Positions 25,068 to 37,751 of a stretch of DNA of 64,000 bases are shown here, one piece after another. Location of the stretch: positions 187,056,001-187,120,000 of the forward strand of contig NC_086097.1 in NCBI RefSeq assembly GCF_963921235.1, given 5' to 3'. This DNA is from Mobula hypostoma (Eukaryota). The stretch's first letter is position 1; each line of letters opens with the position of its first letter. The position numbers and the translations under genes are program-made. The notes beneath the pieces were generated by a model, which was not told the origin of the DNA, searched no databases, and saw only the letters and a list, made by a program, of their open reading frames with translations.

Positions 25068-27488
25068 AACCATATAACAATTACAGCATGGAAACAGGCC
25101 ATCTCGGCCCTTCTAGTCTGTGCCAAACGCTTACTCTCACCTAGTCCCATCTAACTGCACTCAGCCCATAACCCTCCATTCCTTTCCTGTTCATATACTT
25201 ATCCATTTTTTTTAAAATGACAACATCGAACCTGCCTCTACCACTTCTGCTGGAAGCACATTCCACACAGCTACCACTCTCTGAGTAAAGAAGTTCCTCC
25301 TCATGTTACTCCTAAACTTTTGCCCCTTAACTCTCAACTCATGTCCTCTTGTTTGAATCTCCCCCACTCTCAATGGAAAAAGCCTATCCATGTCAACTAT
25401 ATCTATCCCCCTCATAATTTTAAATACCTCTATCAAGACCCCCCTCAACCTTCTACGCTCCAAAGAATAAAGACTTAACTTGTTCAACTTTTCTCTGTAA
25501 CTTAGGCGCTGAAACCCAGGTAACATTCTAGTAAATCTCCACCGTACTCTCTCTATTTCGTTGACATCTTTCCTATAATTCGGTGACCAGAACTGTACAC
25601 AATACTCCAAATTTGGCCTTACCAATGCCTTGTAGAATTTCAACATTACATCCCAACTCCTATACTCAATGCTCTGATTTATGAAGGCCAGCATACCAAA
25701 AACTTTCTTCACCACCCTATCCACATAAGATTCCACCTTCAGGGAACTATGCACCATTATTCCTAGATCACTCTGTTCTACTGCATTCCTCAATGCCCTA
25801 CCATTTACCATGTATGTCCTATTTTGATTAGTCCTACCAAAATGTAGCACCTCACACTTAACAGCATTAAACTCCATCTGCAATCTTTCAGCCCACTCTT
25901 CTAACTGGCCTAAATCTCTCTGCAAGCTTTGAAAACCTACTTCATTATCCACAACGCCACCAATTTTAGTATCATCTGCATACTTACTAATCCAATTTAC
26001 CACCCCATCATCCAGATCATTAATATATATGACAAACAACATTGGACCCAGTACAGGTCCCTGAGGCACACCACTGGTCACCGGCCTCCAATCTGACAAA
26101 CAGTTATCCACCACAACTCTCTGGCATCTCCCATCCAGCCACTGCTGAATCCATTTTACTACTTCAATATTAATACCTAACGATTGAACCTTCCTAACCA
26201 ACCTTCCGTGTGGAACCTTGTCAGAGGCCTTACTGAAGTCCATATAGACAACATCCACCGCTTTACCCTCTTCAATTTTCCTAGTAACCTCTTCAAAAAA
26301 TTCAATAAGATTTGTCAAACATGACCTTCCATGCACAAATCCATGTTGACTGGTCCTAATCAGACCCTGTCTATCCAGATAATTATATATACCATCTCAA
26401 AGAATACTTTCCATTAATTTACCCACCACTGACATCAAACTTACAGGCCGATAATTGCAAAGTTTACTCTTAGAACCCTTTTTAAACAATGGAACCACAT
26501 GAACAGTACGCCAATCCTCTGGCACCATCCCTGTTTCTAATGACATTTGAAATATTTCTGTCAGAGCCCCTGCTATTTCCACACTAACTTCCTTCAAGGT
26601 CCTAGGGAATATCTTGTCCGGACCTGGAGACTTATCCACTTTTATATCCTCTTCTTTAATCATCATAGTTACCATAACTACCTTACTTGTTTCCCTCACC
26701 TTACACAATTCAATATCCTTCTCCTTAGTGAATACCATAGAAAAGAAATTGTTCAAAATCTCCCCCATCTCTTTTGGCTCCACACATAGCTGCCCACTCT
26801 GATTCTCTAAGGGACCAATTTTATCCCTCATTATCCTTTTGCTATTAAGATAACTGTAGAAACCCTCTGGATTTATTTTCACCTTACTTGCCAAAGCACC
26901 TCATATCTTCTTTTAGCTTTTCTAATTTCTTTAAGATTTTTTTACATTCTTTATATTCCTTGAGCACCTCATTTACTCCAAGCTGCCTATATTTATTGTA
27001 AATCTCTCTCTTTTTCCCAACCAAGTTTCCAATATCCCTTGAAAACCATGGCTCTCTCAAACTTTTAACCTTTCCTTTCAACCCAACAGGAACATAACGA
27101 TTCTGTACCCTCTGAATTTCACCTTTAAATGACCTCCATTTATCTATTACATCCTTCCCATAAAACAAGTTGTCCCAATCCACTCCTTCTAAATCCTTTC
27201 ACATCTCCTCAAAGTTAGCCTTTCTCCAATCAAAAATCTCAACCCGGGTCCAGTCCTATCCTTCTCCATAATTATATTGAAACTAATGATATTGTGATCA
27301 CTGGACCCGAAGTGCTCCCCAACACATACCTCCGTCACCTGACCTATCTCATTCCCTAACAGGAGATCCAACACTGTCCCTTCTCTAGTTGGTACCTCTA
27401 TGTATTGCTGCGAAAAACTATCCTGCACACATTTTACAAACCCCAAACCATCCAGCCCTTCTACAGAATGGACTTCCCAGTCTATGTG
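25068..27488 (-). mobile_element. Young 5'-truncated CR1 with long open RT frame
   Basis: 374-aa ORF 25212-26336 (GVPQGPVLGP, KYADDTKIGG), plus 26397-26894 (NYRPVSL) and the APE end at 27189-27446 (GSSDHN). Confidence 0.95.
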
Positions 27489-27667
27489 TACAGTATATTC
27501 CTATAGGTTGTTCTCGGGAAGCTGCATGCCAGATTACCTGAATGCTAAACAGCAAAAATAGTATGCAGTATGCAGAGCACAGTGATTTCACAACCAGGAG
27601 ATCTAAAGGAAACTTTGCAGTTCAACCATATCACATCCTGAACAATAGTGCAAAATTAAATAATCAT

Positions 27668-27945
27668 AAAGACATGAGATTCTGCAGATGCTGGAAATCC
27701 ACAGCAATACATACAAAATGCCGGAGGAAATCAACAGGTCAAGCTGCTCCTATGGAATGGAGTAGAGTCGACATTTCGGGCCAAGACCCTTCATTAGGAC
27801 TGGAAAGGAAGGGCGAATGAAGCCAGAATAAGAAGGAGGGGGGAGGGAAAGGAGCAGAGCTAAATGATGATAGGTGAATCCTCAGGAGTGGGGGAGGAGA
27901 GGATGAAGTAAGAAGCTAGGAGGTAATAGGTGAAAAAGTTGGGTG
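27668..27945 (-). mobile_element. Diverged PLE terminal repeat
   Basis: Homologous to the reverse complement of 62200-62470. Hammerhead core mutated (ctaatga). Confidence 0.75.
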
Positions 27946-28779
27946 AGCAGGACTGAGACAGAACTGCCACATTTGTGCACTATGATGAGTTAATCATAAA
28001 GCATACACCTGTAAAAGACTCATTAGTTCCTGATGTACATCTGGTACGGCAATCTTACTCTAAGGTCTTCATTTTTATTTTCCAGAGTCTGTACATTTGC
28101 CAGCAGAATAGTCAGAACAGAAATCTAATGCTCCAGTTTTTCAATCAAACTTCTGCTTTCCTAAAGAGGAACTGCACTCGCAGCCCGAGTCTGATGTCCG
28201 AGGTTTGCTGATTTTGCCTATCAATAGATTTTTTTAATGTCTTAAAATGATGCTGTTTACTGAATAACCCATGGCTATGACCGTGGATTTTAGCTGTAGT
28301 GCTAAACATTCTGAAGCATTCACAACTATGTTCAATCAGAAGTGTTATATAAATGATTTTACTCGAGATCGCCATTATCACAGAAACCTCCAGTCAATTC
28401 AATTCAGATTATGTGATGGTAATAAAGGTATGGAACTTGGCAGCATTGCAGATATAGTACAGAAGCCTGTCCTCCAGAACCACTGTACTTCTAATCAAAA
28501 TGTTGCAGTGCCAGTAAAAATACTGGTGTTCACTGCCACTGTGGAAAATTCTCAGTATAACCAGTATTTGTCGGTAAGTGACAGTGCACAACAAGATATA
28601 CCTCAAAATGGAGTTAGTGTATGGTAGAAATGGTGGAAAGATAAAACTGATGGCTCTTGCAGCATTCCAAAGTTCAAAAAGTTCAAAGTAAAATTTATTA
28701 TCAGAGTACATACATGTCACCACATAAAACTCAGATTTTTCTCTGCTGGCATACTTTGCAAATCTTGTAACAGAATAAG

Positions 28780-30380
28780 TGAATTAATGGCCCAAATAGA
28801 AATAAATGGGTACAATCTAATTGTCATTATACAGACATGTTTGCCGGGTATTAACTTTACTAGGATACTTAACTTTCAGAAGAGGTAGGCAAAGATGAAG
28901 AGTAGACAGTGGGAGTATCATATATCCTAAACCAGAGGAAATTATAATGCAGGGCATCATAAAAAAAACCTATGTCAGGACATTAGATTGACATCTGCTA
29001 CGGATATTACAATTATTAGGGACAGTTCAACCCAAACAGACCCTGGGCAGATTTTGGGAAGGCTGAATTCATTGTGTACATTATAGTTGGTTTTCTACAG
29101 CACTCTGTTCAGGAACAAACAAATAGAAAATTGATGATATCAACAGCTTGTCAAGAGGGATTTAAAGTCAAGTGAACATTGTAGTATAAGATTTTACATT
29201 AATCCAAGCTGAATCCAGGTCTTAAACTTGAACAGAACAAACTACAAAGGCACATGGTATAGGTCAGCTATGGTAGATTAGGAAACAACATTCAAAAATG
29301 TGACAGTAAAACAAATGGCTAAAATTTAAAGAACACATCATTTGCAAGTATTGTACAGTATATATCTCTAAGGGACATGCACTAAACAGGAGGAGTAGTG
29401 CAGCTGTGGCTATTAAGCCAAAGATAAATAGATCAAAGGAATAGGCTTATAAATTTGCAGAGGAAATAAAAATAACAATTCTAAGGATAGGAACAAATTC
29501 ATAACTGGCACAAGAGAGTTGAAGCAGTGATAAAGATAATGGAAAGAAAGATAGAACGCAATGTAGCCTTGCAAGAAACAAAAAAAAGTGTTACTCTGGG
29601 CGAGATCAAATATCAAATGTTAACATATCTGTTTTATAGATTGGCACATGACACATTATACTAGAGAATAAGGAAATAGCAGAGAAATTAATTAAGTATT
29701 TTGTGCAGTTTTCATGAAAGGCTCAGAAACATCTTAAAAAAGCAGAAACAGGTTTAGGGAGAATGAGAGCTTAATGAAATTATCATTACTAAAAATGTTA
29801 TGCAAGAATCCGGATATTCATTCTGAATGACATGGCTATGAGTGGATGCACTGGTCGTCATTTTTCAAATTTAAGTATTCTGGAACAATTGTAACTGCTG
29901 TTTATGAAAGGGAGAGTACAAGAAAAGAAACAAAGAAGCATTGGTCGGTTAGTTGTCGGGTAAGTGCAGGATTCAGTATCAAGTATAGGGCAGTTGGACA
30001 ATAATAATAGGATCAACTAGTCAATGGAATTATGAAAAGGATATTTGTTTAGAGAAATTTGTTGAGGTTTTAAAGTTGTAACATCTATGGAGGGAAACAG
30101 ACAGTCAATATTTCAGGTTAAGACCCTTCATCAGGATTTCTAGCATCTGAAGTCTCTTGTCTCTCCAAAGTTCCTCCAGGTCTTAACAATATGGATAAAA
30201 GGTGATATTCCACTGGACAGCATGTATTGAAGAAGGTGTCACAACTTCCAAACAAATGGCTTGGCCATTCATAATTGAAATGAGAGACATTTCTTCACCC
30301 AGAGGAAAGCAATTTCTTAGAATTTGCTACCCAAAAGGGCTCTGGACGCTCTTTTGACGAATGTATTCTAAAAGTGATAA
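28780..30380 (+). mobile_element. Very old, multiply deleted CR1 ORF2 relic
   Basis: gaattaatggcccaaatagaaataaatgggtac (ELMAQIEINGY, APE start) through atttcttcacccagagg (FFTQR). No long ORF. Confidence 0.6.
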
Positions 30381-30649
30381 CAATGTTTGAGATACAGTAG
30401 GAGCAAATGTCGCCACCTCACAGCTCCAGCAATCCAAGCATGATCCTGGACTCCCATGCTGTATTTGTGGAATTTTCACATTCTCCTGACAGTCTGGGGT
30501 TTCCCTGGATGTTCTGGTTCTTCTCACAGTCTTGCTGGCTGGTAGGGTAGTTGGCCACTATAAATTTCCCCTAACACATGGGGTTGTTAGACTCAAGGGA
30601 AATTTCTCTGTATGAAGGGTAGGTTACAGGGAAATAAAATGAGAATTCT

Positions 30650-30912
30650 CCAGCCTTATATCCCTTTTGCCAATCAGCTTCCCAGCTCTTGGCTTCATCC
30701 CTCCCCCTCCTGTCTCCTCCTATCATTTCGGGTCTCCCCCTCCCACTTTCAAATCTCTTACAATCTCTTTTTGCCGTTAGTCCTGGCGAAGGGTCTCAAC
30801 CCGAAACGTCGACTGTACTTCTTCCTATAGATGCTGCCAAGCCTGCTGCGTTCCACCAGCATTTTGTGTGTGTTGCTTGAAGTTCCAGCATCTGCAGATT
30901 TTCTCGTGTTTG
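30650..30912 (+). mobile_element. PLE terminal repeat fragment
   Basis: Highly similar to 62210-62470. Hammerhead core altered (ctggcga) at 30779-30814. Confidence 0.85.
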
Positions 30913-33900
30913 AGATTGAGATTGATGGGATTGTGCTGAGAGCTGGCATGGCCTCAGTGGATTGAATGGCCTCTGTAATTACAGATATAGGAAAGATCAA
31001 GTGTGAGGATGTACAGCTGGTGTAGGAAAGTGTTGCTGATATAAAAGATCAGCCACAATCACACTGAACAACAGAACATGCTTGAGGGGCTGAATAGCCT
31101 TCTCTTGCTTATTCTTTTTAATCTCACATGTTTCTTGAAGAATAATAGAAGAGCGAACATGAGGAGGAAAATCCAGTGCTTCACACATTGGTAACCAATG
31201 GTAGAATAATTATATTATGATGTAGTTGATGCCAGAATTGGACGCGTACTGATTCTTGTTGAGCCAGAGGCAAATATGGGTGAAGTTAGGAGCGTAAATG
31301 AAAACAACACTGCAAATTTTAAAATTCAGCATAAATGCAAACATATAGACTATAAGACATAGGAGCAGAACTAGGCCAGTTGGCCCATCAAATCTACTCT
31401 GTCGTTTAATTATGGCTGCTTTATTTTCCCTTTCAACCCCATTCTCATGCCTTCTCGCCATAATCTTTGACACCCTTACTAATCAAGAACCTGTCAATCT
31501 TCACCTTAGATATATCTAATGACTTGGCCTCTACGGTTGTCTGGATGGCTAACCTTTAAAATTCTCTATCCCAGATTAGAGATCAATAAATGTGTGGATG
31601 CTAAGAAATTCAAATGATGTAGAGGCTGCAAGAAAATGGTATGTGCAGGAGCTAACATAGTCTCAATTAATTATGAAGTTCAAAATCCAAACACTGACTC
31701 CAGCTTCCATCTTTTTATGCTTTAATGTTTTATAGTTGAACCTGTGTGTCATCCATCTTCCCACTTAATTGCTTTTAAATAAAAAAAACACAAATATACA
31801 CAGACTATATAGGATTAAAAACTTCAAATATTTACAATTCTTCAAGTGAAGAATTTTCTCACTTTTGTTCCAAATAGTGAAACTTCAACCAGAACTTCAG
31901 GAAGCTACCCAGTAGCATTCATTTTGTCAATTCCACACAAGATCCACAATGCGATTAGGTTCACTGTGGATGAGACTGGACCAGTCTTCACACTCTCATC
32001 AAAAGACACCACATCCTTAATTTCATTAATCCATACAGAAGCAGATATCCATCTATACTGATCTCATTTACCAGCCTTTGGCCCATAGCATTCTATGCAT
32101 TGACTATTCAGGTGCTCAAATGGATCTTAAATTTTGTGATAGTACCTGGTTTCACCATCCACTCAGGCAATGCATTCCAGATTCCAACAACCCAGGAATG
32201 AATTCCTCCTTGGATCCTCTCTAAACCTTTCATTGCTACCCTTACCAATGCCCCTAAAGTTTTACACAAATGACACCACCAACTTCAAGTGTTTTCTTAT
32301 GATCTCGCCAAAGTCCTACGCAATTACAACAAACTTTTGCTTTCACAATCCTCCTTGTTTGTATAACTGATCCATCTTTAATAGGCCCATCATTAAACTA
32401 TGATTTCAGTTAAAAATAATTTCTACGTCATCTTAAAATCATCTTTAAAATGATTTGTATTCATCCCTCCTATATGGTGCATTGATGTCACAACAAAAAC
32501 CAATAGAAAAACCCCTCAGAGCCACAGGTTTATTCACTTAACGTGCACTCAATAGCTGATGTTCTAGAATTTGTTTTTACTTTTGAAATTGAAGTGTACA
32601 GTTAGTGTTAATCAAATGACCTAAGATCCTTAAACCACAAAATTACATGCTCAGTCATGTTATTTATTTAGAGATTCAACACAGTAACACACCTTTCAAA
32701 CTCAACCAGTCCTACCACCCAATTATACCCATGTGGCCAATTAACCAACTAATCCGTATGTCTTTAGAATGCGGGAGGAAACTGGAGCACTCGGAGAAAA
32801 TCCACACAGACACACAGGGAACGTACAAACTCTTTACCGACACCGGCAGATTGAATATGGGTTACTGGCACTTTTATAGAGTTATGCTACATTACTGTGC
32901 CACCCCAGATGCTGTCAAAGAATGAAATATGCCAACTGAGAGGACCACTAGCATCCACTGATGGATAGATATCGAATAGAGCAGGGTAACAGATGAACAA
33001 GGCTATTGTGAGCCAGGCCACTAAGAGAAAAGACTGCATGACCTCAAGATTTAGGAGAATAGACTGGGGAATACTGGAGAGCATCGCAATGGTTAAGTTT
33101 ATTGGTAACATGGGTAATGCATACAAATTTCATTGCCACTAATTGTACACTGTTCATGATTCTTCACTTTCATTAACATGGTGGACACTGCCTTCAATCA
33201 TTTAGTGAGGAAGCTGTTGGAGAGATTTTGGCTTGTGGTGGACCCATGAGCACAGAGAGATTGTGAGGGAGGTTGAGGTAGTGCAAGAAAGAGTTGCCAC
33301 AATGACCAACTATATTATTTAAGGATTACCCGTCTGTATTTCTCATAGCATAAGCTATGGTTAACAGACTACTCTCATTCCCCGATTTATTTTCCTGTAA
33401 CTATACCCTTTCACATACCCATCTACTCCTGCAATTTCCCTACCCCTCATCTACACAATAATTAATTTAGTCTGGCCAACCAGCATAATGAACAGGCCAA
33501 AAATAAGGCTTCGGGATTTGGGAGAAAAGCAAAGCATGCATTGGAAACCATCCATCCAGATCCAACGTGGGGACTAGTCTCCCCAGCATTGAGGGCATCT
33601 TCAATAGGTGATGACTCAAGAAGGTGGCATCCATTATTCCTCACCATCCAGGACATGCTACTAGTGGGGAAGAGGTACAGGAGCCTGAAGACACACCAAC
33701 TTATTAGGAACAGTTTCTTCCTCTCTGTCATCAAATTTCTGAAAATACCATGAACTCATGTACACTACCTCACTTTTTGCACTATTATATATTTCAACCC
33801 ATAACTTATTAATTTTTTCAATGTATTGCACTATACTGTTATCACAAAACAAATTTCATAACACATATCAGTGATAATAAACTTGATTCTGAAACTCACT

Positions 33901-34721
33901 CCTTCACAAAGAGAATGTGCAAATCCCACACTAACAGTGCAGAGGTCAAGAATGAACCTGAGCCATTGTAGCTCTGAAGCAGCAGCACTATCTGCTGTGT
34001 CCCCTGTGCTGCCAAGCTGGGCCCTCAGTAATGGATTCCTCATATTCAGAAACCTGGGGTTTGTTCTGAAATATCCACATTAAGTAATGACAAAATAGAC
34101 CTCTCTACTGCTGAACCCTTACCCTTCCAAGGGTGGCCTCTGCTGTCTGCAGCTTTTGTGTATACTTGCATTAAGATCATGCAAATTATGTCTCTGATTC
34201 AGCTACATGCCATTGCGCATGATTTACAAGTTCTGCTGTAAACCAGCATCAAAATGGAAATCAGAATAACACCAGGATCTCCCTTTAAAGTTTAGTTTTA
34301 TTGAACGTATAAGCATCATGCCACACAATTCATCTTCAAGTCCATGTGGACCTTAGTTATTTCATGAACAATATAATAAGAAATGCCAACTATCTATGCT
34401 TCAGTAGGATTTCTTTAAACTCTCATGTATATCCACCATTGTATTCGGGAAACTAATATACCAGCAAAATTGATTTAATTTGCTTTGTATTTGACAAATC
34501 CTAGATGGCCAGTGAAACACCTCCTAAACTCAGAGAAGCTTTCTCATGAAAACACTAACTACTCTGCATTTCAGACAGGTCAAAAGGCCATGGAAAATTC
34601 TGAATCATACTACGAATTAGAATGAATTAATCACGCATCTGCTACATGATGTTATTACCACTTTCTGGAGGAACATCTCCTTGTACCTATCTACACTTAT
34701 AAGGCAATTTACATCTGCAGC

Positions 34722-35952
34722 ATGCTAACACCCAAACTGGACCCCCTACAATTCGCCTACCGACACAACTGATCGACAGATAATGCATTAGCCACTGCTC
34801 TACATACCGTCCTTACACATCTGGAGAAGAAGGATGCTTAGGTGAGAATGCTGTTCTTGAACTACGGTTCAGCACTCAACACCATAATTCCATGCAGACT
34901 CAACAAGAAGCTCAGAACCTTGGTCTTGACTCTGCCTCGTGCAGCTGGATTCTGGACTTCCTGTCCAATTGCTGGCAGGTGGTAAGAGTGGGCTCCCTCA
35001 CCTCCACTCCCACCCCTCTGACCCTCAATACAGGAGCCCCTCAGAGCTATGTACTAAGTCCCCTCCTTTACTCCCTGTATACCCATGACAGTGTTGCCAC
35101 CCACAGCTCTAATTTGTTAATTAAATTTGCTGACAAAACTACTCTCAAACAATAATGAGGCAGCCTACAGGGAAGAAGTCATCTCTCTGACACAGTGGTG
35201 TCAAGAAAACAACCTCTCCCTCAATGTCTCAAAAACAAAGTTGCTGGTTGTGGATTACAGGAGGAAAGGAGATGGGCTAGCCCCTATTGACATCAATAAA
35301 TTTGGGGTTGAGAGGGTAAACAGCTTTAAGTTCCTCGGCATTCATATTACCAAGGACCTCACGTGGTCTGTACACACTGGCTGTGTGGTGAAAAAGGAAC
35401 AACAGCGCCTCTTTCACCTTAGACAGTTGAGGAAGTTTGGTATGGGCCCCCAAATCCTAAGAACTTTCTTCCGGGTGTACAATTGAGAGCATCCTGACTC
35501 GCTGCATCACTGCCTGGTATGGGAACCGTACCTCCCTTAATCGCAGGATTCTGCGGAGAGTGGTGTGGACAGCCCAGCACATCTGTAGTTGTGAACTTCC
35601 CACTATTCAGGACATTTACAAAGACAGGTGTGTAAAAAGGGCCTGAAGGATCATTGGGAGCCCGAGTTATCCCAACCACAATCTATTCCAGCTGCTACCA
35701 TCCAGGAAGTGGTACCACAGCATAAAAGCCAGAACCAACAGGCTCCAGGACAGCTTCTTCCACCAGGCCAGCAGACTGATTAACTCACGCTGATCTGAGT
35801 GTATTTCTATGTTACATTGACTGTTCTATTTCTTATAAATTATTATAAATTACTATGATTGTTCATTGCACATTTAGACAGAGATGTAACGTAAAGATTT
35901 TTACTCATGTATGTAAAGGATGAAAGACATAAAGTCAATTCAAATTCAAATT
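34722..35952 (+). mobile_element. Rex1/Babar-clade LINE, 5'-truncated (more decayed relatives at ~33530-33895, 50805-51290, 62500-62870)
   Basis: LDPLQFAY, TGAPQSYVLSPLLYSLYTHD, KFADKTT, WCQENNLSLNVSKTK, and a 3' tail ataaagtcaattcaaattcaaatt. Confidence 0.85.
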
Positions 35953-36804
35953 GAAGACCGGATATTTCATCACAAAATTAAAGTCAGCTCCAGGCAAGGG
36001 AGGGTGGTGCAGTGAAATGAAGAGAAGGCAATTCAGCAGCTTCTATCACACCCACCAGTGAAGAGGGAGACTGGAGGGTACCGGTGACCTCTCAACGGTG
36101 GAGCAGGTGCAGTCAGCAATGACTTGCACTCACCATGCCAACCAGAATCTAGCCTTTGACCCCACATCATAGTGCTGAGATACCACTAGGCTTGCTCCAG
36201 CCTGCTCAAGGCACCCCTCACAGGCAGACTCCCTACACTCAGCCATTGAGTGACTCGTTGCTGGGTCCATTCAGTTCCCGCCAGGGCAGCGTGAAGGGGC
36301 TGGCGCCTCACATCTCCAGCAACATGGGTTCAATCCTGTCTGCACATTCTCCCTGTCACCACAAAGGTTTTCTCCAAACCCAGCAGAATGTGCAGTTTGA
36401 TAGGTTAATTGGCCACTACAAATAGCCCCTACTGCACAGAATATGGCAGAATCCTGGAAGGCGGGGGCAGGGGCGGTCTGAGTAGATGACATTCCAGAAC
36501 AAATAAAATGGGTGCTAAATCAATGGGATAGTCTTAGTGGGCCGAAGGGCCTTTCTCCTGGCTTTGACATCCACGTTTTTGGTGCATCAATAGAGTTTAC
36601 ACGAAGTTTTCGGCACAGCAGTACTGTACACACTTTTACTACTAACGACGCCGTTAATCGTCTTAATGTTTGCACAATTATTTCTCTGACACATAGACTG
36701 TGCAGTAAAGAATACCGGTGTGTTCTGGAACTAGGGAAATATTAGGCACAATCTCGATAACACCTTTCCACTCTGGCATATACAATTAGCACTTATGATC
36801 ATAC

Positions 36805-37037
36805 CCTTCCTCCATTGGAGTGTCAAACTGTAAACACTTAACAGCCACGCATATCCTCCAGTCACTGTGCCGCGCTCTGTACACCACACCATAGCCTCCT
36901 CTGCTGACATAGTGAAGGTCCACCAACTTCTGGTAAGGAACCACGTCTAGGATGGACGAGATGGGAGAGATACTGCTCCCCCCGGAGGCCTCCATGACTT
37001 TAGAGAGACGTGGATCTTTTCCCCCGTCACTGTTCAT
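36805..37037 (-). CDS. RIPK2: Receptor-interacting serine/threonine kinase 2, first coding exon (kinase subdomains I-II)
   Basis: VPYQKLVDLHYVSRGGYGVVYRARHSDWRICVAVKCLQFDTP aligns with RIPK2 (human [42 protein letters not shown]). Phase-2 donor GAA GG|GTATGA at 36805/36804, at the position expected for the end of exon 1. Alternative ATG at 36995. Confidence 0.9.
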
Positions 37038-37039
37038 CC

Positions 37040-37700
37040 TTCGCGGAGAGGCCAGTTTCAGAGACAAGAAAACATTTCTTCCCTTCCAACGGTTTAACGC
37101 TTTTACTCCATAACAGGGCGGAAGCTAGCTCGGAGTAAACTAATTTGCGGCGTCAGAAGCAGGATGTTATAGTCAGTACTGTCCAAGGGGTTAATTACTC
37201 ACTAGAAAGGAACACTTCTTTAGGAACGTTATTAACAAGAATTCCCCAAATACAACGCTCTTCCGCCTTTTCTACGGTCAGTCCCTGCGTAGCCCAGAGC
37301 GCATCAGAAACCACACCTTCTACGGGAAATGAGAGAATGATTTGCTGCTTTTAATGAATACTCCTGGGGCAAAAAAAATCCCTCAGCAAACAAAAGGTAA
37401 ATATTATTGCTGGCCGTTCAAATAAACCCGACCAGTGATTATCTGTCACAGCAAAGGAAAATCTTATTTTTCTTTCTCTTTCTCTGTTCCAAGTTATTCA
37501 AATTTTGTACATAGCCGTGCAACATTTAAGTAGAAATAATGAAGATACTATTTCAGCAGAGATATTCTTCTTAGTGACTGTCAAGCAGAATTCCAGCACT
37601 TTGCAATTGATCCCAAGCCAGCGCTTCCCGGAAGAGCAATCCTAAATCCGAAGAGAGAAATTCAGAGGTGGGAATTACATGACATAATTTACCCTACTTG
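37040..37700 (-). promoter_or_regulatory. Putative RIPK2 5' UTR / proximal promoter
   Basis: Unique, locally CpG-enriched sequence. GGGCGGAAG (Sp1/ETS) at ~37116, TGACG half-CRE 37151-37155, kB-like GGGGAATTCT 37238-37247 (minus), ISRE-like GAAAGAGAAA 37473-37482 (minus), GAS TTCCCGGAA 37625-37633. Confidence 0.6.
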
Positions 37701-37751
37701 CACCATGACAGATATACCAATTAAAATATTTTATCCAATTTATTATTCGCC

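Noticed and set aside
28271..28627. 118-aa plus-strand ORF in unique sequence
   Set aside because: No recognisable domain or supporting exon structure. The length is compatible with chance.
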